Positions 48,101 to 55,740 of a DNA stretch of 61,994 nucleotides are shown in pieces. The notes beneath the pieces were generated by a model, which had not been told where the DNA came from, did not search any database, and saw only the letters and a list, made by a program, of their open reading frames with translations. Within the stretch, counting starts at the first letter, position 1. Each line of letters starts with the position of its first letter. This DNA comes from Eubacteriales bacterium (GTDB lineage Bacteria; Bacillota; Clostridia; Oscillospirales; CAG-382), in the NCBI GenBank assembly GCA_045604285.1, contig JAZUNS010000122.1, positions 1 to 61,994 on the forward strand. Reading direction: 5' to 3'. Both the position numbers and the translations under genes were made by a program.

Positions 48101-48651
48101 CACTTAGTTTCAGTGTTGGAAAAATCTTCCTTTTCAACAGTTGTAACGGTAAGCTTGTGACCGTCTTCGCAACTATCGGAAGGATAAAAATACACGTTGC
48201 CGGTGTAATATTCAGCTTCTAACCAATAGAAGGCGGTTTCTTCTACAGTGAATGTAAAAGTAACGCTACCATCATCGCCTGCAACGAGAATAGGAAAATC
48301 AGCACTCTTGTCAACGCCTTCAACGCCGGCAAGCTTGTTTACGTTTTCCAAATAAGCAATCGTAGCGTCATGAGCTTTTTCATCAACACAAGACGACAAG
48401 TCGATGCTTATCTCTTTCGTTGCATTCTTATCGCTTGAATAAGAATTAACGTGCAAATAGTCGGAATAAGAGGTTGAAGATAATTCATCCTTAATCTCCG
48501 ACAAATCGATTTCTACCATTGAATCGGGAAGATCCATGGTACCGGTTTCAGCAGCGCTTGCATTTCCGACAGAACCAAAGCCTGTTACAAGCATAACAAG
48601 CATTAGCACAAAGACAAGCGCTCTTTTGGGCATAGAAGTTTCTCTTGCCAT
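45121..48651 (-). CDS. Giant (~1176 aa) extracellular solute-binding protein with N-terminal duplicated beta-sandwich (CBM-like) modules
   Basis: The C-terminal ~520 aa are family-1 SBP-like (VEVWVTTGRDQ.., GTGPDVALG). The N-terminal ~650 aa are extra. The signal peptide has ASAAE and no lipobox Cys. ATG 48651 has AGGAGG 8 nt upstream. Confidence 0.85.
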   Translation of the reverse strand: MARETSMPKRALVFVLMLVMLVTGFGSVGNASAAETGTMDLPDSMVEIDLSEIKDELSSTSYSDYLHVNSYSSDKNATKEISIDLSSCVDEKAHDATIAYLENVNKLAGVEGVDKSADFPILVAGDDGSVTFTFTVEETAFYWLEAEYYTGNVYFYPSDSCEDGHKLTVTTVEKEDFSNTETKCKECGADLLNITAKNSAIERKILIDGAIPYKEARSVEFQRTWLDTYYLKCENCNGSKEGCDKCVKGKVAIYSNEEAYFKALEEAKKNGKTLFVVDGNDNEKKPDKELLAEWVTTKIYDSTGYASEPLMFYLEAGSTHTVTLDAIREPLVLSALSFVPVKSAQSYEEYLEAHKDAKDVTSGTCVSVQGEDTYKTSSNTIYQTSDRTSAYTEPQDVSCTLLNEIGGDKWQYVGQWIEWQVTVPETGFYNIVTRSIQDFYSGVFVSRRLYIDGEIPFAEAAALRFDYSDVWQTGVLSDGNTDFKFYLEKDHTYTIRLEVVLGEMAGLLSDVEVSLNNINSYYRKILMITGPDPDEYRDYSFERTLPEVVRGLRTEAENLYDIYDKLVAAMGPGDHSVTLEKVAYTVSQMGNDPSKIASLMDDLKTQSGSLGTWLTQTQNQPLNIDYFRFMSPADALPEAEAGFFRELWQEILKFVMSFFTDYTSISSSSGEGTEETDQEHTVEVWVTTGRDQASILRNLVDDKFTTLYPGIDIKVKLVAAGTLLPSTLAGTGPDVALGNAQTEAINYAIRSAVMALNDTTEYKQGDDVKGYNFNDFSAYEDDEYFSKYYKDEKGNILYTEDGALDWRVDTIDEVKERFAEQATVPLTLYGKMYGIPENMSFYMMFYRKDILAELDLTVPYTWDEFYQMIYTLQSNKLEIGFPSGVTGSTIWMYQKGITMYDEGNYDAYKNNEEYWKKLKESGNTYIKTYVDENTGELVSLEVPKTDGMTINLDDETALACFEDVCQLYTMYDFPVTYDFANRFRSGEMPIAVADYTAYNQLIVFAPEINGMWEFVPLPGTIDEKTGIINNTSVGTVTTMMMLRSVEERGNEFATYVFMQWWSSADAQSSYGNEMEALLGPSAKQNTANMEALYSMPWSKAEYDRLFAQFQNITCTPEYPGGYIIARYAQFAFLGVYNDDDEPVEKLQSYITTINAELSRKRQEFDLPIAEDYPLDD

Positions 48652-48707
48652 TCGACATTCCTCCTGAAAATTACTGTATAATATTACATCATACAAATAC
48701 AAGCTTT

Positions 48708-48736
48708 ATATTAACAGATTGGAGTTATTTTGTCAA
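48708..48736 (-). promoter_or_regulatory. Putative sigma-A promoter of the ABC/Yip1 operon
   Basis: Minus strand TTGACA - 17 nt - TAATAT, about 55 nt upstream of the SBP start. Confidence 0.55.
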
Positions 48737-49099
48737 GCTTTCAAAATAATATATAGGAACATATATTTTTGTTTTTTTACAGAAGAGCTTGCATTAACTA
48801 TTTATTAACATTTTGAGAAAACTGACCATTAAAATCAAATGCTAATCTTTTTCTTATTACCAATTTACACGTATTCAAAATTCGCGCCTTAAGCTTCCAA
48901 AAAATATTGATTAACGAGCTAAAAGTACAATAATTTTTAAAAGAATTAACTTTAAAATTACATAGTTATAATCGCAAATCTTCGCTGGCGCCAAACCATA
49001 ATAAATGCGCAGCGCAATTTTGTGGATATTGTACATTTTTGTCCGTGCCTTTTTGTGCAGTATGCACTTACAATTTGTTGTGATTTTTGCGGCAACGAC

Positions 49100-49134
49100 A
49101 AAAGCGCACAAAACATTCGTTCTGGCGCTTTTTG
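49100..49134. terminator. Weak bidirectional hairpin after the M15 peptidase gene
   Basis: AAAAGCGC-(17 nt)-GCGCTTTT with T-runs on both strands. The large loop makes this a low-confidence call. Confidence 0.35.
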
Positions 49135-49145
49135 TGTTAAACTTT

Positions 49146-50210
49146 TCAATTGTTTAAACTTTTTAGTGTAACCACATAGTAACCGCTGTTAGTACCGGAT
49201 ATACTATATGTATACTTCGATTCATCTTCCGGCACATTAATTTGCGTCACATCACCATCGTGCGCTTTGACGGCATAAATCTCATAGCCGTTCCCCTGCG
49301 CATCTTTGATAGTAGCCCTATTTTCATAATCGGTCTTTTCTTGAAGATATTTAATATAATCCTCTAAAACCCATTTATTGACATGCATAATAGCGGCATG
49401 CGGAACGCCGATATATCTGAAATGTGTGGAATCGGAACGCGCCTGTGTAACATCATCTTTACCTTCAGGATACCTTAAAGCGAAACCGTATTTCCAGCAA
49501 TTGTCCGTGAACCATTCATAGGGTCCCTCCCCCATTGTACCGGAAGAGCTCGGATATACAGTAAGATGCAAAGCCAAACCCGTTTGATGTTCACTTTGAC
49601 CGCCCGCTTGCATATAAGGAAGCTCTGTCTTTTCGGCTGTAGCTGATTCCTTATCGTAACTAGACTGTTGATCTTCTGCCGAAACGTATGCACGCGAAAC
49701 CATAAGCGTATTAAGAGGAATATTTGTGTCCGCATAAAACCCATCAAGCATAAGACATAAAGCGTTAAAGGCGTCCAAGTCAAGCTCAAGAGAAGCATAG
49801 CTTAAAACAAAATCTTTGTCAAGCTTTGTTTTTTCTACATATATGTTCACAAGACGCTCACTAACATCATTAGTGAACTTGTGGTCTTGATTAACAAACA
49901 GCATTTCGCCTTCTTGAAGCATGGAATTGTTAACTTCAACAACTTTAAAATCGATCGTATCGTTCCCGGTTGGAGGTGCAACGCTAGTCAAAGACGAATC
50001 GTCGGCCTCTGATTTTTCAGGCATACTTGAGTCAGAAGTTCCGTCTATTACCACACGACTATCATTAGCTGTAGAGTCGCCGTCAGTGTTTCGTTCGCAT
50101 GTGCCAAACGAGACAAGCAGCACTATTATGAGCGCCATAACAACTACAATAACAATAGCCATTTTTTCAAATTCATACATCTTATTCTTATTGTTCAAAT
50201 TACCTGACAT
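49146..50210 (-). CDS. Membrane-anchored VanY/LdcB-like (M15B) peptidase homologue with variant metal motifs
   Basis: An N-terminal TM segment is followed by SEHQTGLALH and CWKYGFALRYP..DSTHFRYIG, which resemble the SxHxxGxAxD and ExxH blocks. ATG 50210 has GAGGTG 4 nt upstream. Confidence 0.8.
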   Translation of the reverse strand: MSGNLNNKNKMYEFEKMAIVIVVVMALIIVLLVSFGTCERNTDGDSTANDSRVVIDGTSDSSMPEKSEADDSSLTSVAPPTGNDTIDFKVVEVNNSMLQEGEMLFVNQDHKFTNDVSERLVNIYVEKTKLDKDFVLSYASLELDLDAFNALCLMLDGFYADTNIPLNTLMVSRAYVSAEDQQSSYDKESATAEKTELPYMQAGGQSEHQTGLALHLTVYPSSSGTMGEGPYEWFTDNCWKYGFALRYPEGKDDVTQARSDSTHFRYIGVPHAAIMHVNKWVLEDYIKYLQEKTDYENRATIKDAQGNGYEIYAVKAHDGDVTQINVPEDESKYTYSISGTNSGYYVVTLKSLNN

Positions 50211-50240
50211 AACACACCTCAGCACTCGATAGTAAGCAAA

Positions 50241-50262
50241 GGGCGGGCTAAAAAGCCCGCCC
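50241..50262 (-). terminator. Intrinsic terminator after PFOR
   Basis: Minus strand GGGCGGGC-ttttt-AGCCCGCCC followed by TTTGCTT. Confidence 0.85.
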
Positions 50263-50273
50263 GAATATCTTGG

Positions 50274-53200
50274 TTATTCTGCTAACTTCTTAAGTTGAGC
50301 ATACTTATCCTTTGCACACTTTTCAGCGTTTTCAAAAAGAACAGCTGCTCTATCAGGGAACGCGATGCCCAAAGAGCTGTAACGAGTTTCGGTCTTGATG
50401 AAGTCCTGATAATTCGTTGTGGGTTCCTTGGAATCGAGAACGAAGGGGTTTACACCCTCAGCGTTGCGACGAGGATCAAATCTAAAGGTATGCCAATAGC
50501 CGGCAGCAACAGCAGCCTTAGTTTCAAGCATGCTGGTACCAAGACCCTTCTTTATACCATGGTTAATACAAGGAGCATAACCGATAACGATAGAGGGACC
50601 CTTGTAGCTTTCAGCTTCAGTGATTGCCTTTATGCACTGGTTATAGTCAGCACCCATTGCAACCTGTGCAACGTATACGTAACCGTAAGACATTGCGATT
50701 GCAGCGAGATCCTTCTTCTTGGTGCCCTTGCCGTTAGCAGCAAACTGAGCAACAGAACCGATAGGAGTAGCCTTAGAAGCCTGACCGCCGGTGTTAGAGT
50801 ATACTTCGGTATCAAATACGAAAATGTTAATATCTTCGCCGGAAGCAAGTGCGTGGTCAAGACCGCCGAAGCCGATATCGTATGCCCAACCGTCGCCGCC
50901 GAATATCCAAACGGACTTCTTAACGAAGAGGTCGCTCATAGCGAGAGCTTTATCGATATCTGCCTTGTCACAATTGCAAGAAGACTTAGCATTCTTAAGC
51001 ACGTCGATAAGTGCAGCAGATGCAGCCTTAGAAGCTTCACCTTCATCCTTAACTTCGAGCCATGCCTTTGCAGCCGAGGAAAGCTTTTCGCATTCAGCTT
51101 CTGCAAACTTCTCTACCAAAGCGATAAGCTTAGAACGTCTGGTGCGAATAGCGGTAGCCATACCAAGACCGTATTCTGCGTTATCTTCAAAGAGAGAGTT
51201 AGCCCAAGCGGGACCGTTACCCTGTTTGTTAGTGGTGTAAGGAGTAGCAGGTGCAGAACCGCCCCAAATGGAAGAACAGCCGGTAGCGTTAGCTATAAGC
51301 ATTCTATCGCCGTAAAGCTGAGTAATAAGCTTTGCGTAAGGAGTTTCGCCACAACCGGGGCAAGCGCCGGAGAACTCAAGCAGAGGCTGCTTGAACTGGC
51401 TGCCCTTTACGGTTTCTTGCTTAAACTTAGCAAGAACATTAGCGTCGTCACAATACTTGTAGCTGAGTTCGAAATACTGCTGTTGATCAAGCTGGGTGTC
51501 GGTAGCAGCCATATTAAGAGCCTTTTCGCCCTTGCGGCCGGGACAGATCTGTGCACAAGAACCGCAGCCTACGCAGTCAAGCACGGAAACGGTAACGCCA
51601 AACTTGTATCCGGGAAGGCCGGTCATTGCGGTAAGCTTCATTTCAGGATACTGTTCTGCTTCAGCATCAGTCATAGCAACAGGTCTGATTGCTGCGTGAG
51701 GACATACCAAAGAGCAGAAGTTACACTGGATACAATTTTCAGGAATCCAAGAGGGAACGTCAACAGCTACACCGCGCTTTTCAAAAGCAGAGCTGCCCTG
51801 AGGGAATGTACCGTCAGCACTGTCTGCAAATGCAGAAACAGGAAGATCGTCACCCTTCTGACCGTTAACGGGAGTAAGTATGTTCTTAACGAAGTTTGCA
51901 AGTTCGGGTCTTGCGTTGATTTCAGCGTCTGCAGCTTCTGCATCAACAGCGTTTGCCCAAGAAGCAGGAACGTCAATCTTAACTGCTGCATTAGCGCCTG
52001 CGTCAATTGCAGAGTAGTTCATCTGAACTACTGCTTCGCCCTTCTTAAAGAAGCTCTTATATGCTGCTTCCTTCATGTACTTGATTGCATCTTCGGAAGG
52101 AATGATGTTAGCAAGATTGAAGAATGCACTTTGAAGAACGGTATTGGTTCTGCCGCCGAGACCGAGGCCACGAGCGATAGTAATAGCGTCAACGGTATAG
52201 AAGTTTACGTTTTTAGTTGCGATATCACGCTTTGCCTTTGCAGGAAGATATTTTTCAAGTTCTTCTGCAGACCACTGGCAGTTAAGAAGGAAGGTTGCTC
52301 CATCCTTAAGGTCGCCGGTAATATCATACTTGTTGATATAAGAAGGATTGTGGCAAGCTACGAAGTCAGCCTGAGAAACGTAATAAGTGGAACGAATGGG
52401 CTTATCACCGAAACGAAGGTGAGAAACGGTTATACCGCCGGACTTCTTAGAGTCATAAGCGAAATAAGCCTGAATGTATTTGTCGGTATGGTCACCGATA
52501 ATCTTAATAGAGTTCTTGTTTGCACCAACGGTACCGTCGGAACCAAGACCCCAGAATTTACAAGAAACAGTTCCTTCGGGAGCAGTGCTTTCCATAGGAA
52601 CGATGGGAAGAGAAAGATTGGTAACGTCATCGTTAATGCCGAGGGTAAAGCCGTTGATGGGCTTTTCAGCATCAAGGTTAGCGTAAACAGCTTTAATGCA
52701 TGCAGGGGTAGTGTCCTTAGAACCGAGACCGAAACGGCCGCCTACAACCAAAGCACCTTCAAATTCAGTACCTCTGAGAGCGCTTACAACGTCAAGATAA
52801 AGAGGCTCAGCCAAAGAGCCGGGCTCTTTAGTACGGTCAAGAACAGCTATCTTCTTAACGGACTTAGGAATAGCATTAACAAAGCTGTCGATTGCGAAGG
52901 GACGGTAAAGTCTAACCTTAAGAAGACCAAGTTTTTCGCCCTTTGCGTTAAGATAATCAATAGTTTCTTCTATGGTATCGCAAACAGAGCCCATAGCGAT
53001 GATGATCTTATCAGCATCAGCAGCACCGTAATAGTTGAAAAGCTTATAATCGGTACCTATCTTAGCGTTAACCTTATCCATGTATTCCTGAACAACAGCG
53101 GGAACGGCATTATAATAAGGATTGCATGCTTCTCTTGCCTGGAAGAATATGTCAGGATTCTGTGCAGAACCTCTGAGAACGGGATGTTCGGGATTGAGAG

Positions 53201-53819
53201 CACGCGCTCTAAAATCTTCTATAGCTTCCCAATCAACCATTTCAGCAAGATCTTCATAATCCCAAGCTTCTACCTTCTGAATTTCGTGAGAAGTTCTGAA
53301 GCCGTCAAAATAGTGAAGAACGGGAACTCTGGATTTGATAGCTGCCAAATGAGCAACCGCACCAAGGTCCATTACTTCCTGTACGTTGTTAGCGCAAAGC
53401 ATGGTGAAGCCGGTCTGGCGGCAAGCCATAACGTCGGAATGGTCACCAAAAATGTTAAGAGCGTGAGATGCTACGCAACGTGCGGAAACGTGAATAACAC
53501 CGGGGAGCAATTCACCGGCGATCTTGTACATATTGGGAATCATCAGGAGCAAGCCCTGAGAAGCAGTATAAGTAGTAGTGAAAGCACCTGCTGCAAGAGA
53601 ACCGTGAACAGTACCTGCTGCACCGCCTTCGGATTGCATTTCAACAACCCTAACCTGCTGACCGAATATGTTCTTTCTGCCATCTGCAGACCACTTATCA
53701 ACATATTCTGCCATAGGAGAAGAGGGTGTGATGGGGTAAATACCGGCAACCTCAGTAAAGGCGTAAGACACATGCGCTGCCGCTGTGTTGCCGTCCATTG
53801 AAATTTTCTTTCTGAGCAT
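50274..53819 (-). CDS. nifJ: Pyruvate:ferredoxin (flavodoxin) oxidoreductase
   Basis: 1181 aa single-chain PFOR with two ferredoxin-type clusters (CIQCNFCSLVCP, CVGCGSCAQICP) and a TPP domain (GGDGWAYDIG). A GGAGG RBS is present. Confidence 0.97.
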   Translation of the reverse strand: MLRKKISMDGNTAAAHVSYAFTEVAGIYPITPSSPMAEYVDKWSADGRKNIFGQQVRVVEMQSEGGAAGTVHGSLAAGAFTTTYTASQGLLLMIPNMYKIAGELLPGVIHVSARCVASHALNIFGDHSDVMACRQTGFTMLCANNVQEVMDLGAVAHLAAIKSRVPVLHYFDGFRTSHEIQKVEAWDYEDLAEMVDWEAIEDFRARALNPEHPVLRGSAQNPDIFFQAREACNPYYNAVPAVVQEYMDKVNAKIGTDYKLFNYYGAADADKIIIAMGSVCDTIEETIDYLNAKGEKLGLLKVRLYRPFAIDSFVNAIPKSVKKIAVLDRTKEPGSLAEPLYLDVVSALRGTEFEGALVVGGRFGLGSKDTTPACIKAVYANLDAEKPINGFTLGINDDVTNLSLPIVPMESTAPEGTVSCKFWGLGSDGTVGANKNSIKIIGDHTDKYIQAYFAYDSKKSGGITVSHLRFGDKPIRSTYYVSQADFVACHNPSYINKYDITGDLKDGATFLLNCQWSAEELEKYLPAKAKRDIATKNVNFYTVDAITIARGLGLGGRTNTVLQSAFFNLANIIPSEDAIKYMKEAAYKSFFKKGEAVVQMNYSAIDAGANAAVKIDVPASWANAVDAEAADAEINARPELANFVKNILTPVNGQKGDDLPVSAFADSADGTFPQGSSAFEKRGVAVDVPSWIPENCIQCNFCSLVCPHAAIRPVAMTDAEAEQYPEMKLTAMTGLPGYKFGVTVSVLDCVGCGSCAQICPGRKGEKALNMAATDTQLDQQQYFELSYKYCDDANVLAKFKQETVKGSQFKQPLLEFSGACPGCGETPYAKLITQLYGDRMLIANATGCSSIWGGSAPATPYTTNKQGNGPAWANSLFEDNAEYGLGMATAIRTRRSKLIALVEKFAEAECEKLSSAAKAWLEVKDEGEASKAASAALIDVLKNAKSSCNCDKADIDKALAMSDLFVKKSVWIFGGDGWAYDIGFGGLDHALASGEDINIFVFDTEVYSNTGGQASKATPIGSVAQFAANGKGTKKKDLAAIAMSYGYVYVAQVAMGADYNQCIKAITEAESYKGPSIVIGYAPCINHGIKKGLGTSMLETKAAVAAGYWHTFRFDPRRNAEGVNPFVLDSKEPTTNYQDFIKTETRYSSLGIAFPDRAAVLFENAEKCAKDKYAQLKKLAE

Positions 53820-53850
53820 TTTTAATACCTCCGTATAGTTTTACACCGAT

Positions 53851-53879
53851 ATTATAGCACTAATTTTCCCCCGTGTAAA
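53851..53879 (-). promoter_or_regulatory. Putative strong sigma-A promoter of PFOR
   Basis: Minus strand TTTACA - 17 nt - TATAAT, about 30 nt upstream of the start codon. Confidence 0.6.
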
Positions 53880-53963
53880 TATCTATTTTTATATTTTTGC
53901 CGCTAATTTAGCAAAAATTATTGTGTATAAACTCCAATACAAATTAAAATAATGTACAAAGTA

Positions 53964-53991
53964 TTGCATTATGGAAATTATGTGGTATAAT
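53964..53991 (+). promoter_or_regulatory. Putative sigma-A promoter of comM
   Basis: TTGCAT - 16 nt - TATAAT with an extended -10 TGg. Confidence 0.5.
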
Positions 53992-54028
53992 AATAATGTA
54001 TATTTTTATGTAGTTTAGAGGAACAATT

Positions 54029-55579
54029 ATGGTTAATATAGTTTGTTCTGCGGCCGTTAACGGCATTGACGGCTTGATGGTTTCCGTAGAAAGTGTCAGC
54101 TACTCAAACCTAAAAGAAAAAATGGAAATTATTGGGTTGCCCGACACTGCAATAAGAGAAGCAGAAGGTAGGATACGAGGCGCCGCAGCTAACAGCGGTA
54201 TACCTTTAAGGCACGGTGTGCTTACGGTTAATTTAGCACCTGCTTCGCAGAAAAAAGAAGGTACCGGGTTGGATCTGCCAATACTTTTGTCAGTAATCGA
54301 TACCGACAAAATAGGCAGGCTGAATTTGGGAGCAAAATGCTTTGTTGGTGAATTATCCTTAACAGGTGAAATAAGGCCCATACACGGTGTGCTTTCTATG
54401 GCACTTGCCGCTAAGGATTCCGGCTTTCAAGAAATATACGTTCCCGAAGCAAATGCCGCAGAGGCTTCCATTGCAAGAGGGATTGACGTTATACCCGTCG
54501 CTAATTTAAAACAGCTTATCAATCATCTCAAGGGAAAAGAGATAATTGAACCGAAAAAGCTTACAATGAAGGAGTTGCAGGAAATTGCAGCTTTGGATAC
54601 TTTAGACTTTTGTGACGTTAAAGGTCAAGATGAAGCGAAATACGCTTTGGAAATTGCAGCGGCAGGCTTTCATAACGTACTGCTTATCGGCCCTCCAGGT
54701 TCCGGTAAAAGTATGCTTGCAAAAAGATTGCCGTCAATTATGCCGAGGATGACTTTAAATGATGCTATCGAAAGCACGCGCATACATTCCGTAGCAGGGA
54801 TTCTTCCTGCTAACACACCTTTAATCACATCCAGACCCTTCCGTTCACCTCATCATACCATCTCAGCAGCAGGTTTGGCAGGCGGCGGTAAGATACCTGT
54901 GCCGGGTGAAATTTCTTTGGCGCATAACGGTGTTCTTTTCTTGGATGAGTTCCCGGAATTTGACAAATCCGCTACAGAGATATTGCGTCAGCCTTTAGAA
55001 GACGGCAGCGTTACAATAACAAGAGTCAGTGGCAGTATTACTTATCCCTGCTCTTTCATGTTAGTCGCCGCAATGAATCCTTGCAAATGCGGATACTTTG
55101 GTCATTTAACAAAACCTTGTATATGTTCGCCTGCGTCCAGACTATCATACATAAACAAAATATCAGGACCACTGCTTGATAGAATTGACATCCAAATCGA
55201 AGTGCAATCCCTTGAATTCAACACACTTTCTTCAACATCAAGCGCTGAAGCCAGTGCCAGCATAAGGAAACGTGTTTCGGAAGCAAGAGCTTTTGCAGCA
55301 CAAAGGTTTGAGTTTGAAACCGTAGGCGGAAAGCCCCTTTTGTTTAATTCGCAAATGCGCACTGAACATATTAAGCGTTTTTGTAACCCCACCCAAAAAG
55401 GAATAGAATTACTGAAGAAGGCATACGATACATTAGGCTTGTCTGCAAGAGGTTATGACAAGATTTTAAAGCTTGCTCGTACTGTTGCAGATTTTGACAA
55501 AAGCGATATGCTGACCGAAGATCATATTTCATTAGCTATTCAGCTAAGAACACTTGACAGAAATTATTGGACAAAATAA
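54029..55579 (+). CDS. comM: Mg-chelatase-like AAA+ ATPase YifB/ComM
   Basis: Lon-protease-like N-terminal domain, Walker A GPPGSGKSM, FLDEFPEF, and a C-terminal ChlI-like domain. Confidence 0.93.
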   Translation: MVNIVCSAAVNGIDGLMVSVESVSYSNLKEKMEIIGLPDTAIREAEGRIRGAAANSGIPLRHGVLTVNLAPASQKKEGTGLDLPILLSVIDTDKIGRLNLGAKCFVGELSLTGEIRPIHGVLSMALAAKDSGFQEIYVPEANAAEASIARGIDVIPVANLKQLINHLKGKEIIEPKKLTMKELQEIAALDTLDFCDVKGQDEAKYALEIAAAGFHNVLLIGPPGSGKSMLAKRLPSIMPRMTLNDAIESTRIHSVAGILPANTPLITSRPFRSPHHTISAAGLAGGGKIPVPGEISLAHNGVLFLDEFPEFDKSATEILRQPLEDGSVTITRVSGSITYPCSFMLVAAMNPCKCGYFGHLTKPCICSPASRLSYINKISGPLLDRIDIQIEVQSLEFNTLSSTSSAEASASIRKRVSEARAFAAQRFEFETVGGKPLLFNSQMRTEHIKRFCNPTQKGIELLKKAYDTLGLSARGYDKILKLARTVADFDKSDMLTEDHISLAIQLRTLDRNYWTK

Positions 55580-55687
55580 TGCATTATTTTAATGTGGGAA
55601 ATGTTGGAAACTTAGCATCAAAACCCAAAAAGTTGCATATATCCGATGGGTTTATATTAAAGTACGGCAGCGAAACCCACATTTTTC

Positions 55688-55712
55688 TGTGGAAAAGTAC
55701 GTTTTTTCCACA
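55688..55712 (+). terminator. Hairpin downstream of comM
   Basis: TGTGGAAAA-gtacg-TTTTTTCCACA. The T-run is inside the 3' arm rather than after it, so terminator function is uncertain. Confidence 0.4.
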
Positions 55713-55740
55713 TTATGTAATCTGCTAAAAAGGAAAAGCT

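Noticed and set aside
48911-49149. Two overlapping 63-66-aa minus-strand ORFs in the long spacer upstream of the ABC operon
   Set aside because: They have no Shine-Dalgarno sequence and Lys/Cys/Ile-rich composition typical of AT-rich non-coding DNA. They overlap each other in different frames.
50295-53801. 1168-aa plus-strand ORF, the longest non-annotated ORF in the window
   Set aside because: It is the exact codon-register mirror of the PFOR gene, whose own translation is unmistakable. The mirror translation is Cys/Ser/Arg/Val-rich with no recognisable domain, and it has no RBS. Its openness is explained by PFOR avoiding TTA/CTA/TCA codons.
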